Origin: Callorhinchus milii
Taxonomy: Eukaryota
Length of the DNA: 64,000 bases
Reading direction: 5' to 3'
NCBI RefSeq assembly: GCF_018977255.1
Contig: NW_024704742.1
Location: 22,136,001 to 22,200,000 of the forward strand
Below, in pieces: positions 25,330-38,315 of this stretch. Under the pieces are notes generated by a model. That model ran no database searches. It was given only the letters and a program-made list of their open reading frames with translations, and had not been told where the DNA came from. A program made the translations under genes and the position numbers. Every line of letters begins with the position of its first letter. Positions within the stretch are counted from its first letter, which is position 1.

Positions 25330-25920
25330 TCAGAGCAAGAAAGCAACTCTTAAAATCATTGCTGGCTAGAACTGGTGTACAGAGGGGTACAGAGTTTAGT
25401 GCTGGTGAGTATGTGGGTGGGGAGTTTGAGATCAGCTGGATCCTGTGCATGTTGGAGCTGGGGAGACTGGCAAAGAGGGCATTTGAGAAGTCAAGTTGTT
25501 TCGGCTGTGTCTGGTGCGAGGTATGGTCAGAGACGGGCAATGTGGCGGAGGTGGAGGATGGCGGTCCCGGGTCCAGATGTGGGGAAGGAAAGACATTTGT
25601 GTGTCAAACCTGATGCCTAGGTTGTGCACTGGTTTGGTAAGTCTGAGGGATAGGCAGGGAGGTTGAGAAAGTCAGTCACAGACATCACCAAGGAGCATAT
25701 AGATAAGGAAGAGGAGGGGCCAAAGATGGAGCCCTGTGGTGCACCACAGGCGACTGGACAAACCGTTTGAGGAGATAAAGTGAAGGTGATTTGTTAGGTA
25801 GGACTTGAACCGGGCTAGTGTGGTCCTATTGAGGTGGATTAGGGAGGAGGGGGTGGATGAGGATGCTGTGGGCGACTGTGTCGAACACTGTGAAGAGGTC
25901 CAGGTGGATGAGGAAGCAGA
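25330..25920 (-). mobile_element. L2 RT fragment with internal deletion
   Basis: Minus strand encodes LIHLDLFTVFDTVAHSIL, GAPQGSIFGPLLFLIYML, NLGIRFDTQMSFLPHI and LDFSNALFASLP. Confidence 0.8.
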
Positions 25921-27677
25921 GGCACTGCCTCCTCAGGGAATATTGGGGAGTACAATCCAGTTAGTTCTCCTCAGTACTGACTGAATTGGATTTTGAACTT
26001 GAAATTAAGTAAGAAAAACTTTGTGGTGACCAATCAAGAATCCAGAGTTTGGAAAATATTCAAACAGAAAGATTGAGCAACTCCCCTTGTGTTCAGACAC
26101 TGAAGCACCAATATGCTATACCACCACGATTTATTTCTGTTCCAAGATGTAGTATAAAATTAATTTCATTTTCTTGACTTATACTATTCAAAATTCAAGC
26201 AACTTTGAGTAAAATAAAAGCATTCCAGTATATTTTACTAAAAAGTAAATGTTCACTAAAACGTACCTCTGTAATGTTTCTCAGTATATACAAATACAAC
26301 TAGGAGCCTTATTTTAATGTGGTTCAGTATAGAATAGTGGTATATTATAGATCCACAGTATACCGGAAGGCTCCTAAAAGTCAATAGCATCTCGAGACCC
26401 CAGGAAGCCAGTCAGTTAATGGTGGAAGGTGGAAATCAAGTCAGGAGCCATTTTTATTACAAAAATTCTGATTTTGTGGACCCAAACCACCAACTTATAA
26501 CAAGGCCCGACTGTAACATTCTGTTTCTAAAAGGTTTTATTGTCGAATAGAAACAAATACTTTCTCAAAGTTGGTTTCTTGCAAGAATCCCACCCGAGTA
26601 GTAAAAAAAAACTACCAAAAACGTTTTTTCCCTTTAACAGAGCATGGAAATTGCAAAACCATTTTAAGTGTCTGTGGTCTACCATACATTGGAAAAATGT
26701 AACTGATTTAACAAATGACTGCTCAATCAATGATGCATTGAGACATATGACAAAAAACAGTCAAAACCCATTACATTCCACTTCATTGCCCTGACCCTGC
26801 TCTCTAAACTCAAGACAAGTTGATAAGGAAGAGAGCAGAAGAGCAGTCTTGTGATCTATTAACCAACCCTAAAATTAAATAATTTTACTTGAATTAATCA
26901 TGAAACTCTTCCAATTATTTATTGTTCAAAATGTTCACAATCTTGACATTAGGTCCCTAACTACAATAATAACAAAATTACATTTGTACAGCGCCTTTCC
27001 CGTTGGGCGGATGTCCCAAGGCGCTGGACAGTCAGTGTGACTACATAATAGAAGTGTACAAGACAAACTTTGTTTCTTTCAACAGATGGGCACAAACTAG
27101 TAAGATCAACAGTCAGTAGAACAACAAAAAACAACTTGCACGTATATAGCGCCCCTCACGCAGGGTAGTATTCCAGAGCGTTTGCCCACGGCAGAGCACG
27201 ACGTTAACTAAAAGTTAAGCTTTAGACATGCCAGAGGCAGCTCTCAGGAGGTGTAAGGAGCAGCCTCAGCGGGAGTGAATTTTGCAGTTGAACATGATTT
27301 TTGCTCACAGTGGAGAAGCAGTTTAAAGGCAACTGTCCAGCACAATTCTGTTTGTCGAACACAATCATTGTAGCAATTGTACAATAATTGCAGCAATTAG
27401 GTAGATTGAAGCAATCTACCTTCACCATTAGTTAATCATTTTTCTGGAACACAAAATGTAATGATTTGGAAAGCCTATTGCTCTTCAGTAACAAAGTTAA
27501 AATAGTTCAAAAATGTTATGGACTCTTAAGACTACAAGGTTCAAAAAAATGTAGATCACAGAGATACCAGGAAAGCACTGAAGTTGTAGAACTTGATACA
27601 GCACCAACACATCACTGGAGCATACTAAATGGATCCAAACCTCTATTGAGCTACAAGTGAAACCATGATATAGCCAA

Positions 27678-27763
27678 GTGTGTGTGTGGTGTGGGGGGGG
27701 GGGGGGGGGGGGTTGCACTGTGTATGTGTGTGTGTATATATATATACAATATACATATATACA
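27678..27763. repeat. Compound microsatellite (GT)n - G20 - (GT)n(TA)n
   Basis: G run at 27693-27712 flanked by dinucleotide repeats. Confidence 0.95.
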
Positions 27764-29582
27764 TGGTTATTGATTGTTTGGCTTAATTTTTGCTTAACTA
27801 CATAACAGATCATTTAATTAGTAGCCTTGAAAGGGAAAGCCCAAATATCCTGAGGATTACTTGAAATTTAAATGGATATTAATCACCAACACATTAAATG
27901 AGTCCAAATTGCCACTACCAATTAACCCAGAGGGATGGCAGAATCTGCAAAACTGTCAAACTACTTAGCCTTGTCAATAGTATCCTAATCCAAAAATGAT
28001 TGCCCTGTTACAAAAAAACGTATGCCATAAAACAGAATACACAAAATTCAAGCTTGATTGAATTCATTCAACAAACAGCCTGTCTCAGTAAACAATGTCA
28101 CATGGTTGGATAGAAATTTGAGGAGCGGGTAAGAAAAATCAATTAAAATGTGGTCACATTGCAGGAAAGTGAATTTATGGCAGTTATTTGATATAATGTG
28201 GTTAATATTTCAGGTAGATTCAATTAACACAATTTCACCGCCACAGATGTACAGACATGGGATGCAAAATCCCCAAGGACATTTTGAGCATCAGAGTAAT
28301 AAGTGATGTACAAACACAATAGCTGAAGTACATAACATGGTCCATTCAGCTATGGTTCGATATTACAATTCAAAATTAAAACGTAGCTTAGATTTCCATA
28401 AATGACAATAAATCATGCAACTAAAATAATAACTGGAACCCAGATTTTCAGTGGAAATATATAATTGTAATTGCTATTCTCAGTTATTGATTCAGAGACC
28501 CTGGAGAAGTGGCAGTTTCAGCTTTTATGTCTCTTTGATACTGACGAAGATCTGAACCAAATAGCAAGTAACGAGGGACTTAAGTTCACATAAATAATAT
28601 TAAACATGCAGCAGAAAGGTCAGCTATAATTGGTAATATACATGGGAACAAAACAAGTAAGCATTCAGCCAATCTACATCTTATCAAACAGTCTTGAGTA
28701 TTCATTAAAGAAAGATACAATATTTGAGTTTGAAATAAATTTCTGCAAATTGAAAGTGTCTCTACCATTGCCAAATCCAACCCCTCCAAATTATTTTAGT
28801 CAGTTTTCACAGTAGTAATTAATTAAGTAAAGATCAGCAACATATGCATTTAACACATACACACAAACAAACACCACTTAAATATATTAACGGGCTTCAA
28901 CGTTATTTCCAAGAATTACTATTTGTCTGGAGGAACTCTCTTCCAGGGTTAAACAAGGAAATTATAGCACAGTATAATTTGCTCCTGTCCAATTTTTCTC
29001 CCCAGGCAATTTGGCACGGGTATAATACAAAATCAAGAGGGCGGCCACCAATGAAAGAAATTTAGTAAGTACTTTTGGCATCAGAGCAAAGTAAAGAGAA
29101 ACACACAACTGCTTCTATAATTATCAAATCTCTACTGAACACAATCTTTGTGGGAAGAATTCTGGTCACTGCTATCAACCTCTTATTCTATTTGGTCCAT
29201 TCTGGTTGCTTTTGTTTAAAGAACGGATGATAGTTATTCAAAGAAGATGAGGACACCTGGATACTCTTCTGTAAACAGGGCACTAATCTTGGTGATCTAT
29301 GCTGGGCTTCTGAGAGGATCTCGTTCCATATTACTTTCGTCAGCTATCAGAATTTTGGTCATTAAATACACAAAACAAAAGGCCAATCTCAAAAATAAAT
29401 GGGCAGCGTAATGACGAACCATTAGGTACAAGTAACATACAGGAAAGAAGATTATGAGTAAGAGGGTGAAAATTTCACCCAAGTAAGCAAAGCCTTAGAG
29501 AAGGCAAACCAAGACTTATTTTAAAGTGTGTCAAGAACATCAGACCAGTCACCATAAATAGAAATGAGCAAAAATTTAAGTT

Positions 29583-29877
29583 AATAATATTAGTAATCCT
29601 TGCATTTGATATAGCGCTTTTCACGTCTTCTAGACTTCTCAAAGTGCTTCACAGAATAGACAATAAAGTGAATTGACTGTATATTTCTGGGTGAAATGCA
29701 GCAGCACAGCAGTGTCCCACAAACAGTTGTGGATTGAAATGAGCAATTTTTTTTTGAGGGATTATTATCAGGCGTGTGGAGTAAGGAAACTTGCCCAAGG
29801 TTTCGTCCTGCCAGGAATTGAACCCAGGTCTCTCGCTTGCAAAGATAGTGCTCTAACCACTGAGCTTCAGGACTCCA
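29583..29877 (-). mobile_element. Full-length SINE, short variant
   Basis: Reverse complement is colinear with 46938-47261. Confidence 0.88.
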
Positions 29878-30235
29878 CAAGTTTAAGGTTAATTGAAATT
29901 TGTGCCTCAGTTGATGGACTAGTTTAGGGTGAATGGTTCTGTGGCATTGAATGATCAGATGTAAATACCAAACTTCCTCTTTGGTGAGTTCCTTAGTTCT
30001 TCTGGCTCATTTGTCACCATTCTGTGACCTATGCATCGCAGCAATTTTTAAAAGAAAACTTTACTTGCTATCAAAGCTTATTATAGTTTTAACACTTAGA
30101 AAATAATGTTGAATTATTAAATGTTTCAATTGTATAGAGACAAAGGAAGTTAAAACAAATATCAGAGAAAAATTGTACTCAGTGAATTAAATGCTGATAT
30201 CTCAGTGGATAAAGGCACTGATAATAATCTCTCAA

Positions 30236-30420
30236 GAAAAAAAAACAATAATAAATTGGTCACTTCAATCCATGACTGTTTGTGGGACACTGTGTGCAAT
30301 TGGCTGCTGCGTTTCGCCCACAAATATACAGTCAATTCACTTTACAGTATATTCTGTGAAGAGCTTTGAGACATCTAGAAGGCATGAAAAACTTTATATC
30401 AAATGCAAGGATTATTTATT
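30236..30420 (+). mobile_element. SINE 3' half
   Basis: Deu-like core and tail. Confidence 0.82.
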
Positions 30421-32929
30421 AATATAGAAAAAAACTGCTGGAAAGTGCGCACAAAAAGACATTGGTAGTACTAATTTGCAATATTCCAGTTTGTGGTTCG
30501 TAAATATTGGATTGTAAAATTCTAAGCCAGAAAATTGTGATTCCCAACAAAGTAAAAACCGGACATGGCTTTAATCTCATCAATTGCAAAAACTCAGCTA
30601 CAGGTTATGCAGCAAAGTTTATGATATGAAACTATGAAAAATATTTAGTTTAAATGGCATGTTAAATGTTAATCTTTTTTTTGTTTCCTCATTCACTCCC
30701 TATCAATTTATAAGCCTCAGTACGTAAATCTTTCAAAGTAAGGTTTGCTTTCATGAGCAGTTTTCCATAAAACTGAAAATATGCAACAGAAACCTGAAAA
30801 ACAGCTTGTTCGTAATGAATTACTAAAATAAATACCCTTTGTGTAGGTGACAAGAATGAAAGATACATTAAGTAACATTTCTTCACTTGTACTAGCTGAG
30901 AAACCAAGAGGACCAGTGGGCATGTCCAGGCTCATAGTCATATGTTATGTAACTGGCATTGCAATAATAATAATCCTTTGATATAGCTCCGTATCACGGC
31001 TTCAAAATGTCTCAAAGCGCTTCACAGAATATATTGTAAAGTGAATTGACTGTATATGTGCGCTTATTTGTGTGTTCATAGTAGTACAGTAGTGTATTTT
31101 GCACAGAATCAGTAACACTATTGTATTGAATATACAAATGCCAATGTGTAGGCGATGCAATCACATGAATAGATAATTTCAGCTAATCAGTTCTAACTCA
31201 TGACAGAGGCAGAGACATGGAGCTGTGCCTAAGAATATGCCACCTTTCATGCTGGGAGCACATCTCAAAGAACTTCACAGGATTTACTGTAAAGTATAGA
31301 TACTTGATATTTTGTTGTAACATAATTTCTTTGAAGAATACAGATTTTTAAAACAATTATATTTGAAGTTAATATCAGAAATCCAGAAACTGTTATTTCT
31401 ATCATTTATCAAGAACTAAGTTTAGTAACTGTCACTAATACTGATCAGTTCTTGAACATTTTCTGAGAACATTACATGTAGACACTTGAGAATCACCTTA
31501 TTTATATTCACCCCCCACCAAAAAAAATAATAAAAGCAGATTTCCTATCAATAACAGTGAACAGATTTGCTGAACTTGGCAGATTCCAGAAGATTAATAA
31601 TTCAAACCACATGGGAATTTTGTCATTGTGAAACTGACTCGTCTATGAAGGTAGTTTAAAGAATTTTGAATGTGATCTATTTTAGTGCAATGGAGTCTTT
31701 CACCTTCAATATTTGTTATAAATGCAGAAACAATCTATTCTGTGTAACGTCTATAGTGAAAATATTACAGTATTAAAACAATGTTTTATTTATGATGATC
31801 TCTTGCAGTCATTGTAAACAATAGCATATGAATGGAAACTGCTTTATTGTATCAGATTACAATTAATGATTGTGTCCTGGCCAACTAAAATGTTAAACTA
31901 AACTATTAAACCCCAACTAAAATTGGCTGTTTGTGGGATATTGCTATGCGCAACTGGCTGCCACATTTCACTCACAAAATACAGTCAAAACACTTTACAG
32001 TATATCCTGTGAAGTGCTTTGAGATGTCACAATGACATAAAAGGCACTAAATCAAATGCAAGGATTATTATTATTTATTTTATTGATCTGATTTGCAATT
32101 ATGGCCATATGTAATTAACAGAGCAAAAGCAAAAGTGAAACCAATCCCATTATAAAATTTCCCTATTATCTCGTGCTTATTTTTATTTAGTCTACTAATT
32201 ATTCTGAATGTTCACTGCAAGGTAAACTTTCAGACTTGGTCTTTATTCTAAAAATACAATACAATTGACATTTTTATAGTAAGTTTCATGTTGGGAGGAT
32301 GTCCCAAAATAAAACAGATAACTAATTCATCTGTATCGATCATAAAACATTACTTATGTATAAATAACAACATGCAGTTATATTGTGCCTTTCATGCCAG
32401 GGCATAAAATATGCTAACTAACTCTAGTTTCAATATAAAATAACTTGCTTATCATCTGTCAAATCTAAACACTAACGCTTAGTGGATGGTACCATGTTGC
32501 TTCTCCCCTCCATCTACAGTTCTTTCCACCAAGTCTTACTTCAGAGATACACAAGAAGCAGCATCTGAATGAATGCATGGAATTAACTTTGCATTCCTAC
32601 AACTTCTTACTAAAACCATTGGTTATAACAGGATTGGGTTTGTAGGTAATAAATAATTGTGTGGTATTTCCGTTTGATATGATTAAGTCCTTTTAACATC
32701 CAATTCTGACGGCTGTGGACAGATAAAACAACTTAACGTTTAAGGCAGAAATGGGAGACCCCTTGGTTGGGAACTTGGGACGGGGCGTTAGAACTACACA
32801 ATCAGCTTCCCAAATTAGATATCAATTATAAATTGATTAATCAAAAGCATCTGCATCTCACTAACTCTACTCCACATCACCATGTCTAACAAAAAATTAA
32901 CTTATCCAAATGTAACAATAACAAATGTA

Positions 32930-33880
32930 TTAAAGGTCTTGGAAGGTTAATATCATCGGATGTGATACCAAAGATTAACCCGAAAACAAACAAGAAGAGT
33001 TTTTATTTTCAGATGCACAAAGACAGCAAAGCAAGACATTGGTTTAGAGATGCAAAGGGCAATTTCAGGACAACAACAACAAAAATTACATTTGTAAAGC
33101 GCCTTTCACGTCGGGAGGACGTCCCAAGGTGCTGGGCAGAGAAAGTTGGGGGTCAGGGTGGAGGGCGAGGGGGGGGGAAAGCAGGGAGATCGAAAGCATA
33201 GTTGAAGAAGAGGGTCTTGAGATGGGTCTTGAAGGTGGCGAGGGAGGGGCTGAGGCGAAGGGACTGCGGGATAGAGTTCCAGAGGGTGGGGGCAGAGTGG
33301 TGGAAGGCCCACCCGCCAATAGTGGGGCGAGTGAGGCGGGGGACGTGAAGCAGGCCGGAGCCCGCTGAGCGGAGGGAGCGAACAGGGTGGTAGGGGGCTA
33401 GGAGGTCACAGAGGTAGGGGGGGAGCAAGACCGTGGAGGGCTTTGAAGGTGAGGACCAGGATCTTGAACTGTATCCTCTGTGTGAGGATACAGTGGAGTT
33501 GGGCGAGGATGGGGGTGATGGGGTCACGGAGCCCGGTGCGGTAGAGTACACGGGCTGCAGAGTTCTGGATGATCTGCAGCCTGTGGAGGGAAGAGTTGGG
33601 GAGGCCGACAAGCAGTGAGTTTGCATAGTCGAGCCTCGATGTAACGAAAGCGTGTATGACAGTTTCAGCGGCCTGCGGTGTGAGACAGCGGTGGAACCGG
33701 GCAACGTTGCAGAGGTGGGGGAAGACAGAGCAGGTCAACACCAGGACAGGAACTAGGAAGTATTTATTTACCCAGCGGATAATTATCAACTGGAACAGGT
33801 TCCAGGAAGGGTGCTTAAGGCCAGGATATTGGACTTGTTTAAAAAAACAGCTTTCTGCTGTGATGGAAGATGTGGGTGGG
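32930..33880 (+). mobile_element. Old CR1 3' fragment split by the L2 insertion
   Basis: Removing 33073-33748 restores KGNFRTGTRKYLFTQRIIINWN, a CR1 C-terminal motif comparable to FRTELRKNFFTQRVVNVWN at 4290-4350. Confidence 0.75.
33073..33741 (-). mobile_element. L2 LINE 3' fragment, relatively young, with 7-bp TSD CAGGACA
   Basis: ORF 33406..33789 encodes AAETVIHAFVTSRLDYANSLLVGLP…QNSAAR…ITPILAQLH…RIQFKIL, typical of the L2 ORF2 C-terminus. (TTG)n tail. CAGGACA at 33066-33072 and 33742-33748. Confidence 0.92.
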
Positions 33881-35112
33881 TATTCTGCAAGGATTTGGGG
33901 GCCTTCTTCAATTACACCAATCTTGTGTATAAAAAGGGTCAGGGAACAGTGTAATTATTGTTACAACGTTCGTTATTCCAGTACCTTGGGACTTCCTCCC
34001 GACTTGAAAGTCGCTGTACAAATGTAAGTTGTTGTTAGTTTGTTGCTCTAGTTGCCAAGTAGATTTCCCTCTACATTTTTATAGATTTCCTTTCTTTCAA
34101 ATAAAACAGGTTTTGGATAGCAGTATATTGACAATATAACCACTGAATAGCTAACTAAAAAAAAATAATTATTGTGCTTTACTTGATAAAAACATCTATG
34201 CCTGGGAAGACCTATCTCCTTCCACATTTATGTACTATTTATGAACTGACAAAAGTGGACTAAATATTCTAAACTAGTCTCAATAAATGTAAAAAGCTAC
34301 CTTTCCAACAGTACTGTTGGAACAACAAGAATGAATAATTTAAGTACTCGAAACTTTACATATACAGAACAGATCAAGCAGACAACTGGCATTTTCACTT
34401 CAAATTTGTTTCGTCTTTAGTCAGTTTGCTTCATCTGCATTTCTAACACCTGCTTCAGACAGTTTTCAACCATGTTAGCATGTACAGTGCATTCTCTTTC
34501 ATCTTAATCTATCAATATCCATCTACCAGAAATGTATGACTCAGGGGGGAATAATCTACCAAGTAAAATTGATCGAGTCTTCAAAAAAAGTGTCAGTATA
34601 TGAAGGGGAAGTCATGTGATGACAATGTTCTTAAAGAGGGCAGCCATCTCATGTAAGAAGAAAGACAACTGCAGTTTATTCGGTCAATTTGCAAGTTTCA
34701 AACAATAAATTGTGAACCCAGCCTAGGTCTTTTCAATCAATCACCAGCAATTGTAGGCAAATAACATTTAATATAAAATTATTATAATATAAACTGAAGT
34801 AGTACAGTCAATTCACTTTACAGTATATTCTGTGAAGCGTGTGGAGACATCTCAAAAGCTTGATAAGGCGCTATATCAAATGCAAGGGTTATTATTATCA
34901 AGTATAATCGCATTTAACTTCTACATATGGATACAGACGGACTTAGGATTCGATATCCAAAAGAGCTCATCGGTGTATATTGCACATCATTTATATATTA
35001 ATATTTAAGAAGAACACACAGAATTTCCCCTCCGTACACTTGTTCCCATTATGCTTACTACTAGAATCAGCTTTTCCCAAGCAGAGCCCTGCTATACCAC
35101 ATTGTATATACA

Positions 35113-35270
35113 GGAGTCCTGTAGCTCAGTGTTTAGAGCACTCGCTTTGCAAGCGAGAAACCTGAGTTCAATTTCAGGCAGGTCAGGGTGAAACCTTGGG
35201 CAAGTTTCCTTACTCCTTACTAATAATAATCCCTCCAAAACAAAACAATAATAAATTGGCCATTTTCAAT
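35113..35270 (+). mobile_element. SINE 5' half, short variant
   Basis: Near-identical to 46938-47103. Confidence 0.85.
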
Positions 35271-36696
35271 GTAATGTATTTATTTTACATATTTAAATTA
35301 TTTTCTAAATACTGTATGGCCATGTAGGTTCAATTTGCCATTCTGTATATAGATGCCTCTAAATTATCTCTGTAAGGTATCATCCCAGGATCTTTTAACT
35401 GCAGAAGTTAGGCAGCACATTTAAGCATCCTGCCATCAAGTACATGGGCAGACAGGCTCAAGCTCAGCATTAATACAAATGTACATCAGGGTATACCCTC
35501 TCCAATATGTGCAATGACAAAGAGAGAACATCTTGTAAAAGGGATCAAACCCACACGAAGATTTTACAAAGTGTTATGGGGCATCTTTTGAATCCTATGA
35601 AAAACAGCAAAGTGATCAGAATTGTAGCTTCCACTAGTGTGGCATTTTGATACTAATGTAATCAAACACTAATGTATGAAACAGCAAAGGTTAAATCTAG
35701 TTGTCGTGCACGCATAACATATAGTACCCAGGTACTTCTATTCAAATTGGTTTCACTACAAACCAGGATTCTGGTTACGTTTTCACTGCTAATCTAAAAG
35801 GTAAATTCTGTTCAGTGGAAATCAGGGAGAGAAGTGAATTAACTTCTTGTGAATCCCATTAGATAAACATCTGTCTCTCTGACAGGGAGGTGAAAGGCCA
35901 TGCTGTGGAAATACTTATTGTAATGTTAGCATCCTTTTTTGCTTCACTCTTGGGACTACTGGCATCTTTCCTGAAGCAATCCACTTGGTGTTGGAATAAA
36001 TGGCACACAAGAGTCAGACAATGCTATTATAATATCATGTTTGGCAACTGTGTATTTTCTTACATAGGATAGTGCACACTCTCCCACAATCAAAACAAAA
36101 CAGGCATTAGGAAAATTTGATTTTGTGCAATAAAGATGTGACCAAAGATATTATTCCCAAAGTAATCATATTTACATTTTGTTTACCGTTCAGACAAGTA
36201 AAAATATTGCTTACTGTAAATCAGGAAACTGGCACATTATTCATACTAAACCTTTTGCACAAATACATTTTTGTTTTCATTCCTATTCCCACCAAACCGA
36301 ATCTTGCTTCCTTCAGTTTCCCTAGCTTTGTATACGTGTATCTATGAATAGTTATTCTACTTTTCATCTATCAAATATTGCATATCAGGAATGTACCATT
36401 TATTTTTTGATGACAAAGTTTTTCATGTCGATTTATAAATGGTTGCACTAAATGTAAATAATCCTTGCATTTGATATAGCGCCTTAATGCAAGGTTTATT
36501 ATTACTAAGATAATATGCAACCCCATAAGAAATACAAATGTTTTCATTTAATGAGGCCCAAAACCCACAAACATATGGGCTTTCAAAATTAATCGGGAAA
36601 TAATTGCAGTGGACCTATTTGTAACAGTAAAACTGAAAGAAACAAAAATACTGAAATCTTAAACATTCCATTCTGCTTTCAATTTTAATACTTATA

Positions 36697-36855
36697 TAAT
36701 AATAATCCTTGCATTTGATATAGCGCCTTATCACGCCTTTGAGACGTCTTCAATTCTTCACAGAATATACTGTAAAGTGAATATGGGTGAAATGCAGCAG
36801 CCAATTGCGCACTGCAGTGTCCCACAAACAGTCGTAGATTGAGTGACCTTATTGT
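36697..36855 (-). mobile_element. SINE 3' half
   Basis: Deu-like core and tail on the minus strand. Confidence 0.82.
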
Positions 36856-38059
36856 TATTTCTTTCTTTAAATACAATACAATATTATTATTCACATTGTA
36901 TTAAAATCAACCCCATCCTAAACACAGCATTTTAGGCAATGACACCAAACGTTCAGGAGTGTGGAAGGCAATTTTAGGACAGACAACAGGAAGTTTTTCT
37001 TCATACATATAAACTGCTGAAATGGGAACCAGAAGGGCAGTTGAGGCTGGGTTACTGGACTCATTTTTAAAAAAAAGCTTAATGATCTAATAGGAAGGCG
37101 ATTGTGTGGGCATTTCAGAATGAGAATAAGTTGAAGGCTGTCTTCGTGTATACTCCTTGTTATCTCTTTGGGAAGGTTGCAAAAAGGCATAATCTGTTAC
37201 TCCAAAGCACAGTTGAATCAGAATTAAACGAAGTATGAATCTTCATTTTCACGTAATTTATATAAATACCAGTGCTGCTATTTTAGAGTGACCTTCAGTG
37301 ATGTCAAAAAAGTCACTTCACTTTGCAGTACATATTGTGAAGAGCTTTGAAATGTCTTTACCTGAAAGGTGTTAGACCAAATTTAAGGATTATTAATATC
37401 TGCAAAGACTTGAGGAGGCAATTAGTGCTGCAAGTAATTGGGGCTACTTTTTAGTGGTTATGAAATAGAGCCTGTCAATTAATGCCAGTCATTTTGTGCA
37501 GTTAGGTCCTCAAATTTGAAGACAGCTATTCGATTGTACCACAGCATAAGTTGCTACTGCTTTTAGGAATGGAAAAAGCAAATATCTGTTGACAAATATC
37601 ACATTCAATTAGCTCCTTCTTGTCCCTTTGCTTTCACTGAAGCACCTCAACTCCATTAAGGACTATTTTTGAAATGGTTAAGAAGTCAACAAACAATAAG
37701 GTCTCAAGATTGGAAGGGGCAAGATGAGGAACTATTTAAACTTAACTACTTACACATAAGGAAGGCTGTGAATACATTGAACAATTTTCCCAGGAATGGA
37801 GACAATATTGACAACAACAACTTGCATTTAGAGAGCATCCTTCACACAGGTGGCATCTCAGAGTGCTTTCGTTGACAATTTAAGAAGGAATGAGATAAGA
37901 TTTATTTTGCTCATCGAGATCGTAAATATTAAAGCTAGAGGGCAATGATATTTAGAAAACAGGAATTACCAGATGCACTATCATGAACCTTTCTGGTCAT
38001 TTACAATTCCTTTGAGGACATTTTCTGGATGCATTCCACTGTGCTTCAGAATACATTGT

Positions 38060-38315
38060 TGAGAGCTATGCTAGTTCAAAGTGAATCCAGGAATTATTTA
38101 TTTACGCAAACAGTTGCGAGAATTGAAAGAATGCTGAACGCATTTTAGTCACTCATATAGGAAGAAGTTACTGAGGTATTTAAATGGGATACGGATAGAT
38201 AATTGGGAAGTGATATTAAGGGATACTGCTAGGAAACAAAAATGTTATAGAGTGCCATAATCTAATGAAATAGTGCAGCAGGCTTGATGAACTGAATGGC
38301 CAATTTCTGTTCCAA
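38060..38315 (+). mobile_element. Old CR1 3' end remnant
   Basis: RNYLFTQTV-like coding remnant followed by gcaggcttgatgaactgaatggcc…ctgttcc, a CR1 3' UTR. Confidence 0.6.
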
